The notes: a model not told the origin generated them from the letters alone. 64,000 nt of DNA from an uncultured Oceanospirillales bacterium (GCA_913055655.1 CAJXKA010000001.1:680842-744841), one strand, 5' to 3'; shown: positions 37,611 to 49,229, counted from the first letter of the stretch. Numbers and translations: made by a program.

Positions 37611-38665
37611 CAAGACAACTGAAGATCGCCGTCGTCGGCGCAACCGGCGCCGTTGGCGAAACCATGCTTTCCATCCTGGCCGAGCGGCTGGGTACGAAGG
37701 GCCACGAAGTGCACGCGCTGGCCAGCGAGCGTTCGCTGGGCAAGCAGGTCGAATTTGGCCGCAAACAGCTGGATATCGAGGACCTGGCGACGTTCGATTT
37801 CAAGGGAATCGACTACGCATTGTTCTCGGCCGGCGGCTCCGTCAGCCGCGAGCATGCGCCGCGCGCCTGCGAGGCGGGTGCGATCGTGATTGATAATACC
37901 AGTGAATTCAGGTATGTGGATGACATACCTCTTGTTGTTCCTGAGGTAAACGGCCACCTTCTGGACGATGCCGGACCGGGCACGCTGATCGCCAACCCGA
38001 ACTGCTCCACCATCCAGATGGTGGTGGCGCTGGCGCCGATTCACCGCGCGGTGGGCATCGCGCGCGTCAACGTGGCGACCTACCAGTCGGTGTCCGGCGC
38101 GGGCCGCCAGGGCATGGAGGAGCTGGCCCGGCAGACCGCCGACCGGTTGAACCTTAAAGAGGTGAAGCCGGTGAAATTCACCCAGCCGATCGCCTTCAAC
38201 GTGCTGCCGGCCATCGACACGCTGCAGGACAACGGTTACACCCGTGAAGAAATGAAGATGCACTGGGAGACGCGCAAGATCCTGGAAGACGATGACGTGG
38301 CGGTCAACGCCACCGCGGTGCGGGTACCGGTGTTCTTCGGCCATGCCGAGGCCGTGCACCTGGAAACACGCGAACCGATCGCGCTGGAAGACGTGAAAGC
38401 CCTGCTGCAGGACGCCCCGGGCATCCACCTTGCGGAAAGCGAAGATCCCGGCCAGGCGCCGACGCCGGCCGCGACCGCGGCGGGCAAGGACGGCGTGTTT
38501 GTCGGGCGCCTGCGCAAGGATCTCAGCCACCCGAACGGCATCGACCTGTGGGTGGTGTCGGACAATGTCCGCAAGGGCGCTGCGCTGAATGCCGTGCAGA
38601 TCCTGGAAGCCATCGAGGCGCGCCAAGGCGCCGACGAAGTGGCGGCCACGGCGACACGCCCGTAA
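37607..38665 (+). CDS. asd: Aspartate-semialdehyde dehydrogenase (Asd/USG-1 family)
   Basis: VVGATGAVG Rossmann motif; catalytic Cys context NPNCSTIQ; [11 protein letters not shown]. Synteny asd-fimV-truA. Confidence 0.85.
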   Translation: MTRQLKIAVVGATGAVGETMLSILAERLGTKGHEVHALASERSLGKQVEFGRKQLDIEDLATFDFKGIDYALFSAGGSVSREHAPRACEAGAIVIDNTSEFRYVDDIPLVVPEVNGHLLDDAGPGTLIANPNCSTIQMVVALAPIHRAVGIARVNVATYQSVSGAGRQGMEELARQTADRLNLKEVKPVKFTQPIAFNVLPAIDTLQDNGYTREEMKMHWETRKILEDDDVAVNATAVRVPVFFGHAEAVHLETREPIALEDVKALLQDAPGIHLAESEDPGQAPTPAATAAGKDGVFVGRLRKDLSHPNGIDLWVVSDNVRKGAALNAVQILEAIEARQGADEVAATATRP

Positions 38666-38704
38666 ACTGTCGATGACGTCCGGGCGGGTCGGGGGACCGG
38701 CAAG

Positions 38705-40300
38705 TTGATCGAGCATTCGACAGGGAAAGCAATTAAACGGGTGATGCAGCTGGCCATGGCCGGGCTGTTGTTATGCCTGGGGCAGGCGGCGTACGCGCTG
38801 GGCCTGGGCCAGGCGCGGGCGCAGTCCTACCTGCAACAGCCGCTGGACCTGCGCATCGACCTGATCTCCCGGTCCGAGGCGGAACTGGCCACGGTGACCG
38901 CCGGAATGGCGTCCGCCGCGGATTTCCGCGTCATGGGCATCACCAGCGGCGCCATCGGCATTCCGATGGAATTCACGATCGAGCGCAACCTGGAAGACCC
39001 GCACATCCGTGTCCGCAGCCGCGAGCCAATGACCGAACCGGTGTTGCAACTGGTCATCGAGGTGGTGTGGGCCAGCGGCCGCATGGTGCGCCAGTACACG
39101 GTGTTCCTGGATCCGCCGACCTTCGACTCTGCCGCGCCGCTGCCCTCCGTGACGCCCGACGCCCCGGCCACTCCGGAAACGGCCAGCACGCCATCAACCG
39201 CTAACGTGCCAGAACCGGCCAGCGCACCGCCGGTACTGGAAAGTGGCCCCCCGTTTGACCCCGGCACCGAGCCGGTCGAGGCGCAGGCGCCGGCCGAGCT
39301 GGCGGAATCGCCGCCGCCCGCCGTCGCCGACCCGGAGCCGTCCGGCCCGGTCGATGAAACGCCCCCGGACCCCCCCGGGGAAGTCCTCGCGGACGCCACG
39401 CCTGAAGCCGCCGCGAGCGCACCGGAACCGGAAGCTCCGGCGGTGCGCACGGCATTACCGGACCCGGGTTCACCTTCGCCGGGCGAGCACCAGGTGGCCC
39501 GCGGGGAAACGCTCTGGGGCCTGTCCACGCGCTGGGCCCGTGAGCATGGCGTTGACGTCAACCAGATGATGCTGGCGGTCCAGCAGCGCAACCCGGATGC
39601 CTTCAACGACGGCAACATCAACTCGCTGAAGGCCGGCGCATTGCTGCGGGTACCCGACGCACCCGAGCACTTCACCTATGACCAGCGCCAGGCGATGCTG
39701 GAGGTGTTGCGACAGGAGCAGATCTATCGCAATCGCTGGGATATCCCCACGAACCCGGCGGATCTGCCGACCGTCGCGGACCTGGCGCAGCAGCCGGTGC
39801 GGGATGAAGCACCCGTCGAGGCGACGGTGGACAGCGCCCCGGAGGAGGCCGATGAAGGCCGCCTGGAACTGGTGCCGCCTTCCGAATCAGCGGCCGCGGA
39901 CGCCGACGCACCGGCCCAGGGTGCGACCGGCGATGAAGGTTCCGCCGGCGAGGCCGTGGTCGCCGAACTGGCGCGTGCCGAGGAAGAACTGGCGAACGCA
40001 CGGCAGGAGAACAGCTACCTGAACGAACGCATCCAGGAGCTTGAGGAAGAACTGGACCGCGCGCGGGCGCAGGTCGAGGACAGTGGCCTGGCGCAGATGG
40101 AAGACAATCTCCGCGAGCAGCGCGAATCCGGCGAGGAGCAGCCGCTGGCCGTGGTGCCCGAGGATATGCCGGAGTCGTGGCTGGCGCAGTATGTCTGGTG
40201 GCTGGTGGGTGTGCTGGTCCTGCTGGTGGTCGGCCTGGTGTGGTGGTTGCGCAGTCGCGCCGACGACAGTGAGTACTTCGACCGCCAGAATTTATCCTGA
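38705..40300 (+). CDS. fimV: FimV-like pilus assembly / peptidoglycan-binding protein (LysM)
   Basis: FimV N-terminal domain (LGLGQARAQSYLQQPLDLRIDL). Pro/Glu-rich linker. LysM segment HQVARGETLWGLS...LKAGALLRVPD. C-terminal TM. The start is uncertain (TTG at 38705 or a downstream ATG). Confidence 0.8.
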   Translation: MIEHSTGKAIKRVMQLAMAGLLLCLGQAAYALGLGQARAQSYLQQPLDLRIDLISRSEAELATVTAGMASAADFRVMGITSGAIGIPMEFTIERNLEDPHIRVRSREPMTEPVLQLVIEVVWASGRMVRQYTVFLDPPTFDSAAPLPSVTPDAPATPETASTPSTANVPEPASAPPVLESGPPFDPGTEPVEAQAPAELAESPPPAVADPEPSGPVDETPPDPPGEVLADATPEAAASAPEPEAPAVRTALPDPGSPSPGEHQVARGETLWGLSTRWAREHGVDVNQMMLAVQQRNPDAFNDGNINSLKAGALLRVPDAPEHFTYDQRQAMLEVLRQEQIYRNRWDIPTNPADLPTVADLAQQPVRDEAPVEATVDSAPEEADEGRLELVPPSESAAADADAPAQGATGDEGSAGEAVVAELARAEEELANARQENSYLNERIQELEEELDRARAQVEDSGLAQMEDNLREQRESGEEQPLAVVPEDMPESWLAQYVWWLVGVLVLLVVGLVWWLRSRADDSEYFDRQNLS

Positions 40301-40345
40301 TCGGTCCTGAATCGCGTCAGCCGTTAACGTCACTGAATCATTTCC

Positions 40346-41137
40346 ATGCGTATCGCCCTCGGGATCGAGTATGACGGCCGGGCCTTCTATGGCTGGCAGA
40401 CACAGCGCCAGACGCCGACGGTGCAGGCGACGCTGGAGCAGGCCCTGGGCAAGGTCGCCAATCATCCCGTTTCCGTCATCTGCGCCGGCCGTACCGATAC
40501 CGGCGTGCATGCGCGCGGCCAGGTGGTCCACTTCGATACCACCGCCGACCGGTCCGACCGGTCCTGGATACTGGGTGCGAATGCCAACCTGCCCGAGACC
40601 GTCTGTGTGCTCTGGGCCCAGGCCGTCGACGATGGGTTTCACGCGCGCTTCTCGGCGCTTGGGCGAAGATACCGTTACCAGTTGCTGAACCGCTGGGTCC
40701 GGCCGGCGGTCGACGTCGGCCGAGTGAGCTGGGAACGTCGCCCGCTGGACGATGAAGCGATGCACGAGGCGGCGCAGGCGCTGAAGGGCGAGCATGACTT
40801 CAGCGCGGTCCGGTCGTCCGGTTGCCGCGCCAACCACCCGGTCCGCGAGATTCGCGAGATCAGTGTCAGTCGTGTCGGCGAAATCGTTTCCATCGATGTC
40901 GCCGCCAATGCGTTCCTCTACCACATGGTGCGCAACATTGCCGGTACGTTGCTGGCGGTGGGGCGGGGCGAGCAACCGGTCGAGTGGGTCGCGCGGGTGC
41001 TGGCGACGCGTGACCGCAACCAGGCGGGTGTCACCGCGCCGCCGGACGGGCTTTACTTCATGGGCGTGCGGTATCCCACGGAGTACGGGCTGCCGGAAGA
41101 CGCGCCCACCTGGCCCTGCGGAGAGACGAAGTCATGA
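40346..41137 (+). CDS. truA: tRNA pseudouridine(38-40) synthase
   Basis: 263 aa: MRIALGIEYDGRAFYGWQ, GRTDTGVHA. Confidence 0.95.
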   Translation: MRIALGIEYDGRAFYGWQTQRQTPTVQATLEQALGKVANHPVSVICAGRTDTGVHARGQVVHFDTTADRSDRSWILGANANLPETVCVLWAQAVDDGFHARFSALGRRYRYQLLNRWVRPAVDVGRVSWERRPLDDEAMHEAAQALKGEHDFSAVRSSGCRANHPVREIREISVSRVGEIVSIDVAANAFLYHMVRNIAGTLLAVGRGEQPVEWVARVLATRDRNQAGVTAPPDGLYFMGVRYPTEYGLPEDAPTWPCGETKS

Positions 41138-41745
41138 CCGCCGTGAAGGTCAAGATCTGTGGCCTGGTACGGCCGGAAGATGTCGCGGCCGCGGTCGAGG
41201 CCGGCGCCGATGTGCTGGGGTTCATTTTCGCCGCCAGCCCCCGGCAACTGGCGCCGGAACAGGCCGCGCGGTTGACGGCGGCCGTGCCGGACGGGATTAT
41301 CCGGGTAGGGCTGTTCATGAACCAGCCCGCCACGCTGGTCAGGACGACGCTGGCGTCGGCTGAACTGGATGTCCTGCAGTTTCACGGCGACGAAGACAAT
41401 ACGTTCTGCCGCCAGTTCGGACGGCCGTTTATCAAGGCGATTTCAATGCGGTCCGAAGATCCGGAACGCGAAGCCGGGACCTATCCCGACGCCGTCGGCG
41501 TGGTGCTGGACAGCCATGCGCCCGGCGGTGCCGGTGGCACCGGCCAGGCGTTCGACTGGCGCCGCGAAGTTCGGGTCACGCAACCGGTCTGGCTGGCCGG
41601 TGGACTCAACCCGGACAACGTGGCCGAGGCCGTCCGCCGTTTTTCACCCTACGCCGTGGATGTTTCCAGCGGCGTGGAAGATTCACCGGGTGTGAAGAAT
41701 CACGCCCTCATCAGGAAGTTTATCGACAATGCCAGGCGCAACTGA
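41134..41745 (+). CDS. trpF: Phosphoribosylanthranilate isomerase
   Basis: 203 aa: [22 protein letters not shown]. Precedes trpB-trpA. Confidence 0.93.
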   Translation: MTAVKVKICGLVRPEDVAAAVEAGADVLGFIFAASPRQLAPEQAARLTAAVPDGIIRVGLFMNQPATLVRTTLASAELDVLQFHGDEDNTFCRQFGRPFIKAISMRSEDPEREAGTYPDAVGVVLDSHAPGGAGGTGQAFDWRREVRVTQPVWLAGGLNPDNVAEAVRRFSPYAVDVSSGVEDSPGVKNHALIRKFIDNARRN

Positions 41746-42949
41746 CCAGGAATTTGGGCGGCCGCAACCGGACGCCAGCGGCCATTTCGGCGAGTACGGG
41801 GGCAGCTATGTCTCCGAGACGCTCATGCACGCACTCGAGGAGTTGCGAGAGGCGTGGTCGCGCTGGCGCCAGGACGAGGACTTCATCCGTCGCCTGGACC
41901 ATGACCTGGCCCATTACGTGGGTCGTCCTTCGCCGATCTACCACGCCGAGCGCCTGAGCGCGCATTGCGGCGGCGCGCAGATCTGGCTGAAGCGCGAGGA
42001 CCTGAACCACACCGGCGCGCACAAGATCAACAACACCGTGGGGCAGGGCCTGCTGGCGAAGCACATGGGCAAGCGGCGCGTCATCGCCGAGACCGGTGCC
42101 GGGCAGCACGGCGTGGCCACGGCCACGGTGGCCGCCCGCCTGGACCAGGACTGCGTGGTCTACATGGGTGAAACCGACATCCAGCGCCAGTCGATCAACG
42201 TGTTCCGGATGAAGTTGCTGGGCGCGGAGGTGCGCAGCGTGACGTCGGGTTCGAAAACGCTGAAGGATGCGCTTAACGAGGCCATGCGCGACTGGGTGAC
42301 CAATGTTGACGAGACGTTCTACGTCATCGGCACCGTGGCCGGTCCGCACCCGTACCCGGAGATGGTCCGCGATTTCAATGCCGTGGTCGGCCGTGAAGCG
42401 CGCCGGCAGATGCTGGACACTCACGATGCGCTGCCGGACGCGCTGGTCGCCTGCGTCGGTGGCGGTTCCAACGCCATGGGGCTGTTCCATCCGTTCATCG
42501 GCGATACCGACGTGGCCATGTACGGCGTCGAGGCCGCCGGCAACGGGCTGGATACCGGCGAGCACGCGGCATCGCTGTGTGCCGGCCGCCCCGGCGTGCT
42601 GCACGGCTGCCGGACTTACCTGCTCGACAACGACGCCGGGCAGATCACCCATACCCACTCGGTTTCCGCCGGCCTGGATTATCCCGGCGTCGGGCCGGAG
42701 CACGCCTGGCTGAAGGACAGCGGCCGCGCGAATTACGTGGCCATCAACGACACCGAGGCACTGGAAGCCACCGAGTCGCTGACACGGCTGGAAGGCATCC
42801 TGCCGGCGCTGGAAAGCGCACATGCGGTGGCCTACGGCATGAAGCTGGCCGCCGACATGCGGCCTGACCAGGTGGTGCTGGTCAACCTGTCCGGTCGCGG
42901 CGACAAGGACGTGCAGACACTGGCCTCGATCAAGGGGCTGGAGCTGTGA
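41729..42949 (+). CDS. trpB: Tryptophan synthase beta chain
   Basis: 406 aa: [32 protein letters not shown]. Confidence 0.97.
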   Translation: MPGATDQEFGRPQPDASGHFGEYGGSYVSETLMHALEELREAWSRWRQDEDFIRRLDHDLAHYVGRPSPIYHAERLSAHCGGAQIWLKREDLNHTGAHKINNTVGQGLLAKHMGKRRVIAETGAGQHGVATATVAARLDQDCVVYMGETDIQRQSINVFRMKLLGAEVRSVTSGSKTLKDALNEAMRDWVTNVDETFYVIGTVAGPHPYPEMVRDFNAVVGREARRQMLDTHDALPDALVACVGGGSNAMGLFHPFIGDTDVAMYGVEAAGNGLDTGEHAASLCAGRPGVLHGCRTYLLDNDAGQITHTHSVSAGLDYPGVGPEHAWLKDSGRANYVAINDTEALEATESLTRLEGILPALESAHAVAYGMKLAADMRPDQVVLVNLSGRGDKDVQTLASIKGLEL

Positions 42950-43767
42950 GCGGGCGTATTGACCAGGCGCTGGGCGCACGGCGTTCGGCCGGCGGCAAGG
43001 CGCTGGTGCCGTTCATTACCGCCGGCGACCCGCACCCGGACTGGACGGTGGCCATCATGCACGCCCTGGCCGAAGGTGGCGCCGACCTCATCGAGCTCGG
43101 CGTGCCGTTCTCCGACCCCATGGCCGATGGTCCGGTGATCCAGCTCGCCAGTGAGCGCGCCATCGAAAAAGGCGTGACCATGAGCACCGTCCTCGACATG
43201 GTGGCGGCGTTCCGTGAACAGGACGACCGCACCCCGGTCGTGCTGATGGGCTACCTGAACCCGGTGGAACGGCTTTGCCAGGACGGTGGCGCCACCGCCT
43301 TCGCCGAACGCGCGGCCGCGGCCGGCGTTGACGGGCTGCTGCTGGTCGACTGCCCGCCTGAGGAAGGCGACGCGCTGCACGAGGCGCTGAATGCCGCCGG
43401 GATCGACAATATCCTGCTGGTGGCGCCCACCACCAGCGATGAGCGGCTGCAGAAACTCTGCGCGCAGGCGAAGGGTTTCATCTACTACGTGTCGTTCAAG
43501 GGCATCACCGGCGCCAACCGCCTCGATGCCACGACGATGTCGGCACCGCTGGCGCGGATTCATGCGGCCAGCGACCTGCCGGTCCTGGCCGGTTTCGGTA
43601 TCCGCGACGCGGAATCGGCCGCCGCGGTGGCGGCGCACGCCGACGGGGTGGTGATCGGCAGCGCGCTGGTAGAAGCCCTTGAAGACGCCGCCTCGTCGGA
43701 AGAAGCGGCCGAACGCGCCGGCGCCTTTGTTGCTTCGATCCGGCGGGCATTGGACAATGAGGGCTGA
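42946..43767 (+). CDS. trpA: Tryptophan synthase alpha chain
   Basis: 273 aa: [21 protein letters not shown]. Overlaps the trpB stop. Confidence 0.96.
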   Translation: MSGRIDQALGARRSAGGKALVPFITAGDPHPDWTVAIMHALAEGGADLIELGVPFSDPMADGPVIQLASERAIEKGVTMSTVLDMVAAFREQDDRTPVVLMGYLNPVERLCQDGGATAFAERAAAAGVDGLLLVDCPPEEGDALHEALNAAGIDNILLVAPTTSDERLQKLCAQAKGFIYYVSFKGITGANRLDATTMSAPLARIHAASDLPVLAGFGIRDAESAAAVAAHADGVVIGSALVEALEDAASSEEAAERAGAFVASIRRALDNEG

Positions 43768-43815
43768 TCACCGGGAGCGTTTCAACGAACGCTCCGCTAG
43801 CAACAGGATAATGTC

Positions 43816-44706
43816 ATGAGCTGGCTCAGCAAACTGATGCCGTCCCGGATTCGTACCGAGGGCGGAAACAAGCGCAACGTACCGGAAGGCCTGTGGACCA
43901 AGTGCACGGCCTGCGCCTCCGTGCTGTACCGGCCGGAACTGGAGCGCAACCTGCAGGTGTGCCCCAAGTGCGGCGAGCACATGCGCCTGACCGCGCGGGC
44001 GCGCCTGGACCTGTTCCTTGACGAGGGTGAGCGGCGCGAGATTGCGGCCAACCTGGAACCGGTCGACGCGCTGAAGTTCCGCGACAGCAAGAAGTACCGC
44101 GACCGGATCACCGCCGCGCAGAAAGCGACCGGCGAGAAAGACGCCCTGGTCGCCATGGCGGGCAAGCTCAAGGGGCAGCCCATCGTCGCCGTTGCCTTCG
44201 AGTTCGGTTTCATGGGCGGTTCCATGGGGTCGGTCGTGGGCGAACGCTTTTCCCGCGCTGGCCAGGAAGCGTTGAAGCTGAAGTGCCCGCTGGTCTGTTT
44301 TTCCGCCACCGGCGGTGCGCGCATGCAGGAAGGGCTGATGTCCCTGATGCAGATGGCCAAGACCAGTGCGGTGCTGGAGCGCATGGCCCGTACCGGCCTG
44401 CCGTACGTGTCCGTGCTGACGCATCCCACCACCGGCGGTGTTTCCGCCAGCCTGGGCATGCTCGGTGACATCAATATCGGCGAGCCCGGCGCGCTGATCG
44501 GTTTCGCCGGTCCGCGCGTGATTGAGCAGACCGTTCGCGAGAAGCTGCCCGAGGGCTTCCAGCGCAGCGAGTTCCTGCTGCAAAAGGGCGCCATCGACCA
44601 GATCATCGACCGTCGCCACCTGCGTGACGATCTCGCCGCGATGCTGGACCTGCTGATGTCGGGTCGCCGTCCGCGAACCGTTGAAGGGGAAGTGGTCGGG
44701 GCCTGA
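43816..44706 (+). CDS. accD: Acetyl-CoA carboxylase carboxyltransferase beta subunit
   Basis: 296 aa; zinc ribbon CTACASVLY...CPKCGEH; GGSMG motif. Confidence 0.96.
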   Translation: MSWLSKLMPSRIRTEGGNKRNVPEGLWTKCTACASVLYRPELERNLQVCPKCGEHMRLTARARLDLFLDEGERREIAANLEPVDALKFRDSKKYRDRITAAQKATGEKDALVAMAGKLKGQPIVAVAFEFGFMGGSMGSVVGERFSRAGQEALKLKCPLVCFSATGGARMQEGLMSLMQMAKTSAVLERMARTGLPYVSVLTHPTTGGVSASLGMLGDINIGEPGALIGFAGPRVIEQTVREKLPEGFQRSEFLLQKGAIDQIIDRRHLRDDLAAMLDLLMSGRRPRTVEGEVVGA

Positions 44707-44731
44707 ACTCCCGGCCGCCCGGGCGCGCCCC

Positions 44732-45988
44732 ATGCAACATTCACTGCAGGACTGGCTCGAACTGCTCGAGCGGCGGCACCCGGTCAGTATTGACCTTGGG
44801 CTGTCGCGATGTGGTGAAGTCTGGCGCCGCCTGGGCGCGCCCCGTCCGGGCCGGCGCGTGGTCACGGTCGCCGGCACCAACGGCAAGGGCAGCACGGTCG
44901 CTTCAATCTGCGCACTGGCCGCTGCATTGGGACAAAGCACTTCGGCCTACACCTCGCCACATCTCATGGCCTTCAACGAACGGCTCCGGCTGGACGGCGA
45001 ACCGGTCAGCAGTGGACGGCTGACCGCGGCGTTCGAGGCCGTCGAGTCCGCGCGCGGCGATATTTCCCTGACCTATTTCGAATTCACGACCCTGGCCTGC
45101 CTGCTGGTTTCGGCGACGGAACTTCCAGACCTCGCGGTGCTTGAGGTCGGCCTGGGCGGGCGGCTGGATACCGTCAACCTGGTCGATGCGGATATTGCCG
45201 TGATCACCCCCGTCGGGCTCGATCACCAGGCCTTTCTGGGCAACGACCGGGAAACCATCGGCGCCGAGAAGGCGGGCATCCTGCGTGCGGGAATTCCACT
45301 GGTGTGCAGCGAGGCATCGCCGCCGCGCTCGGTGCTGGAGAAGGCGGATGAGCTGGGATGCCAGACCTGGCTGCCGGGTCTGGATTACGGCTTTGAACCG
45401 GAAGGCGATCACGCCCGGTTCCGCGCGGGCAGCCTTGACCTGGCCTTGCCGCGACCGGCACTGGAAGGGCGCCACCAGTACGCCAACCTTGGCGCCGCGC
45501 TGGCGGTGATGGCCCGGCTGGAGCCGGACCTGGCGGCGCATGGCGAGGCGCTCTCGGCAGGCATCCGGAGCATTCGACTGGCCGGTCGACTTGACTCACC
45601 CCCCGGCGCTGAAGACCTGCTACTGGATGTGGGCCATAACCCGATGGCGGCGGCGTCCATCGCCGGCTACCTGGCCGATCATGCGCCGGTGGATTGCGTG
45701 CTGGGCATGCTGGCGGATAAGGATGCCGGTGCGGTCGCGCAGGCGCTCGAGCCCGTGGTGAACCACTGGTACTGCGCTGGTCTTCAGGGCGAACGTGGGC
45801 AGGCTGGTGACCAGCTGGCGGCCCGTGTACGCGAGGCGGTTCCGGGCGCGAGGGCGTTCGTATTTGAGGATGTCGCCAACGCCCTGGCCGCGGCCAGGGC
45901 TCGGCGTGACGGCCGCAAGGTGCTGGTTTTCGGCTCGTTTCATACCGTGGCGGATGCGCTTCGTTCACTGGGTCATTCGAACGCCTGA
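44732..45988 (+). CDS. folC: Bifunctional dihydrofolate synthase / folylpolyglutamate synthase
   Basis: Start at MQHSLQDWLELLE. P-loop GTNGKGS. Synteny accD-folC-SPOR-cvpA-purF. Confidence 0.9.
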   Translation: MQHSLQDWLELLERRHPVSIDLGLSRCGEVWRRLGAPRPGRRVVTVAGTNGKGSTVASICALAAALGQSTSAYTSPHLMAFNERLRLDGEPVSSGRLTAAFEAVESARGDISLTYFEFTTLACLLVSATELPDLAVLEVGLGGRLDTVNLVDADIAVITPVGLDHQAFLGNDRETIGAEKAGILRAGIPLVCSEASPPRSVLEKADELGCQTWLPGLDYGFEPEGDHARFRAGSLDLALPRPALEGRHQYANLGAALAVMARLEPDLAAHGEALSAGIRSIRLAGRLDSPPGAEDLLLDVGHNPMAAASIAGYLADHAPVDCVLGMLADKDAGAVAQALEPVVNHWYCAGLQGERGQAGDQLAARVREAVPGARAFVFEDVANALAAARARRDGRKVLVFGSFHTVADALRSLGHSNA

Positions 45989-46028
45989 GCGGTGTTAGAA
46001 TCGCAGGCTGTTCCCCCACGTAGATGTC

Positions 46029-47069
46029 ATGGATAAAGCCCTAAAACAAAGACTCGTCGGGGCGAGCGTGCTGGTGGCGCTGGCAGTGGTCGTATTGCCG
46101 ATGTTGCTGGGCGGTCAGCCTGAAAGCCCACCCGAAGCGCGCCAGATCGAGATTCCCCCCAAGCCGCGCGAAACCTCGTTCGAGACCCGCCGTTTCCCCA
46201 TCGGGGAACAGCCGGCCGATACACCGTCCGTGGTGCCGCCGGCCGGGGAGGCGCCGCCCGTCAGCCTGCCGGCCCCGAGGATCGAGCCGGCGACGGAAGG
46301 CGAACCGGAATCGGCACTCGCGGCGGAGGCGGCCACCGACAATGCCGCCGCAGCGCCCGTGGAAGCGGGAGACCCGGAGCCGGTAACGCCACCGGATGAA
46401 GCAGATGCGACGTCCCCGGAACCGGGAGCGGCAACGGCTTCAACCGGCGATCCGGATGCCGGGGACGGCGCCGAACCGCTGCTGGTCGAGGCTGAACCCA
46501 CCCCGAGTGAAGCAGCGCCCGCGCCAACCCCGGCGCCCGCCACGCCGGCGGATCCGGATGGCCGCTACCTGGTCCAGGTGGCCAGTTTCAGCGCCACCGG
46601 CAATGCCACGCGGCTGGCGTCGCGGCTGCGCGAACAGGGCCTGCCCGTGATCGAGGATACCGTCGACAGCGAGGCCGGCACGCTGCACCGGGTGCGGCTG
46701 GGGCCTTTCGACGATCGTGCCCGGGCCGACCAGGCCATGGCGACACTGCGGCGCCAGTACTCGGACCTGCGACCACGCTTGCTGGACCTGCGGCCCGACG
46801 AGGAGTCGCCGGTCACCGAGCCGTCTGACCCGCTGGTTCGCTGGGTCGTGCAACTGGGCAGCTTCGGTGAGCCGGACAATGCCGAGCAACTGGTCTTCCG
46901 CCTGCGCGATGCCGGCTACAGCGCGTTCAGCGTGGCGGTATCCGGTTCACCGGGTACCGTGCACAAGGTTCGCGTCGGCCCGGTGGTCAGCCGCGACGAG
47001 GCCGTGCGAATCGAATCCCAGATCGAGTCATCGATGGGGCTGGACGGACTCGTCATGAGCACCGACTGA
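46029..47069 (+). CDS. SPOR-domain cell-division protein (DedD-like)
   Basis: N-terminal TM anchor, Pro/Ala/Glu-rich linker, and two SPOR-like repeats (RYLVQVASFS...RVRLGPF; WVVQLGSFG...KVRVGPV). Confidence 0.8.
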   Translation: MDKALKQRLVGASVLVALAVVVLPMLLGGQPESPPEARQIEIPPKPRETSFETRRFPIGEQPADTPSVVPPAGEAPPVSLPAPRIEPATEGEPESALAAEAATDNAAAAPVEAGDPEPVTPPDEADATSPEPGAATASTGDPDAGDGAEPLLVEAEPTPSEAAPAPTPAPATPADPDGRYLVQVASFSATGNATRLASRLREQGLPVIEDTVDSEAGTLHRVRLGPFDDRARADQAMATLRRQYSDLRPRLLDLRPDEESPVTEPSDPLVRWVVQLGSFGEPDNAEQLVFRLRDAGYSAFSVAVSGSPGTVHKVRVGPVVSRDEAVRIESQIESSMGLDGLVMSTD

Positions 47070-47729
47070 GTGAGCCCCGCGGACCTCTTCCTGCTGGGCG
47101 GCATCGGCCTGTCGCTGCTGGTGGGCCTGTTCCGCGGTTTCGTCCGCGAAGTGTTTGCGCTGGCGGTCTGGGTGCTCGCGTTCCTGGTTGCTTACCAGTA
47201 CGCCGGTGACGTGGCCGGCTGGATGGAAGCCCAGGTGTCGCTGCCGTCGATGCGGCTGGCGCTGGCGTTCGGCGGGCTGTTCATCCTCACGATCATGATC
47301 GGCGGCCTGGTGACCTACCTGCTGGGGCAGCTGGTCGACAAGACCGGGCTCAGTGGCACGGATCGCCTGCTGGGCGGCGTGTTCGGCGTGATCCGGGGCG
47401 TTTTGCTTGTCGTACTGTTGATTGCCGTGGGTGGTTTTACGCCGTTGCCGCGCGACCCCTGGTGGCCCGAATCGCGGGTGATCCAGTCGCTGGAGCCAAT
47501 GGCCGAATGGGCCACTTCCTTCCTGCCCGAGAACGTCCGCGAGTACCTGGAATTCGATCCGCCGCCGGCCGACACGGACGGCGGTGAGCCTGCGCCGGAG
47601 GCGGGTGGGGCGCCCGGGCCGGACACGACGGAGCCACCGGTAACCGAAGCCGTCGCATCGCGGGACATGGGCCATGACAGCCGTGTTAGAATCGCCCGCG
47701 ACGGCGCCGGGCCAGCGCCACCAGGGTAG
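47070..47729 (+). CDS. cvpA: Colicin V production protein CvpA
   Basis: GTG start; four TM segments (GLFRGFVREVF...). Conserved position before purF. Confidence 0.85.
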   Translation: MSPADLFLLGGIGLSLLVGLFRGFVREVFALAVWVLAFLVAYQYAGDVAGWMEAQVSLPSMRLALAFGGLFILTIMIGGLVTYLLGQLVDKTGLSGTDRLLGGVFGVIRGVLLVVLLIAVGGFTPLPRDPWWPESRVIQSLEPMAEWATSFLPENVREYLEFDPPPADTDGGEPAPEAGGAPGPDTTEPPVTEAVASRDMGHDSRVRIARDGAGPAPPG

Positions 47730-47735
47730 TTCATC

Positions 47736-49229
47736 ATGTGTGGAATCATAGGAATCGTGGGGCAGTCGGCGGTCGCGCCGTCGATCTACGATGCGCTCAC
47801 CATTCTCCAGCACCGCGGACAGGACGCGGCCGGTATCGCCACGCTCGAAGGGCAGTGGCTGAACCTGCACAAGTCGCGCGGGCTGGTCGCCGAGGCCTTC
47901 ACGCAGGCCGACATGGACAAGCTCCGCGGCAACGTCGGCATCGGCCATGTGCGTTATCCCACGGCCGGCGGTGACCATTCCGCCGAGGCCCAGCCGTTTT
48001 ACGTGAATTCACCCTACGGCGTTGCGCTGGGGCACAACGGCAACCTGATCAACACCGGTGCGCTGGCGTCCGAGCTGTTCGAAAGTGACCGGCGCCACCT
48101 GAACACCGAGTCCGATTCCGAGGTGCTGCTCAACGTGCTCGCGCACGAACTGCAGTCCAAGAAGAACAAGGACCTGACGCCGGAGCGGATTTTCAAGGCC
48201 GTGGACGGTGTGCATCGCCGCTGCAAGGGCGCCTACACCGGCATTGCCTTGCTGGTGAACCGCGGCATCCTCGGCTTTCGCGACCCCTGGGGCATTCGCC
48301 CCGCGGTGCTGGGCATGCGCGAGACGGCGAAAGGCCCCGAATACGCCATCGCGTCGGAAAGCGTCGCGCTGGACGGCATCGGTTTTGAGCTGGTGCGTGA
48401 CCTGAAACCCGGTGAGGCGATCTTCATTTCCAGTGATGGCGAAATGCACACTCACGTCAGCCCGAACGCGCAGACCCTGACACCGTGCATTTTCGAGCAC
48501 GTGTATTTCGCGCGGCCGGATTCGATGATGGATGATGTTTCGGTTTACAAGTCCAGGCTGCGCATGGGCGAGGCGCTGGCGGCCAAGATCAAGCGCGAAT
48601 GGCCCGAGCACGATATCGACGTGGTCATCCCGGTGCCGGACACGAGTCGCACCGCGGCGCTGCCGCTGGCCCACAACCTGGGCGTGAAATACCGCGAAGG
48701 CTTCATCAAGAACCGCTACATCGGCCGCACCTTCATCATGCCCGGCCAGGAGCAGCGACAGAAGTCGGTGCGCCGCAAGCTCAATGCCATCGACCTGGAG
48801 TTCCGCCGCAAGAACGTCCTGCTGGTCGACGATTCCATTGTCCGCGGCACCACGTCACGGCAGATCATCCAGATGGCCCGCGAGGCCGGTGCGAACAAGG
48901 TGTATTTTGCCTCCGCGTCACCGCCGGTGCGCTATCCCAATATCTACGGCATCGACATGCCGGCCACGGCGGAACTGATCGCCAGCGGCCGCGATGACCG
49001 CCAGATCCAGGAAGCGCTGGGTGCCGACTGGCTGATCTACCAGGACCTGGACGACCTGGTGGATGCCTGCCGTGAAGGTAACGACGACATCACGCAGTTC
49101 GATACCTCGTGTTTCTCGGGCGAGTACATCACCGGCGTGGAGCCGGGCTACCTGGAAGAACTGGAAGTGCGACGTTCCGACGCCATGAAGGCCCAGCGCC
49201 GCGACGAGGCCAAGCGCGCCACCGGCTGA
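47736..49229 (+). CDS. purF: Amidophosphoribosyltransferase
   Basis: Begins MCGIIGIVG (N-terminal nucleophile Cys). PRPP motif VLLVDDSIVRGTT. Confidence 0.97.
   Translation: MCGIIGIVGQSAVAPSIYDALTILQHRGQDAAGIATLEGQWLNLHKSRGLVAEAFTQADMDKLRGNVGIGHVRYPTAGGDHSAEAQPFYVNSPYGVALGHNGNLINTGALASELFESDRRHLNTESDSEVLLNVLAHELQSKKNKDLTPERIFKAVDGVHRRCKGAYTGIALLVNRGILGFRDPWGIRPAVLGMRETAKGPEYAIASESVALDGIGFELVRDLKPGEAIFISSDGEMHTHVSPNAQTLTPCIFEHVYFARPDSMMDDVSVYKSRLRMGEALAAKIKREWPEHDIDVVIPVPDTSRTAALPLAHNLGVKYREGFIKNRYIGRTFIMPGQEQRQKSVRRKLNAIDLEFRRKNVLLVDDSIVRGTTSRQIIQMAREAGANKVYFASASPPVRYPNIYGIDMPATAELIASGRDDRQIQEALGADWLIYQDLDDLVDACREGNDDITQFDTSCFSGEYITGVEPGYLEELEVRRSDAMKAQRRDEAKRATG

Noticed and set aside
41720-42979. 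419-aa minus-strand ORF.
   Set aside because: Antisense to trpB, which carries all PLP-enzyme motifs. High-GC shadow ORF.
43768-44940. 390-aa minus-strand ORF.
   Set aside because: Antisense to accD and the folC start. No recognisable domains.
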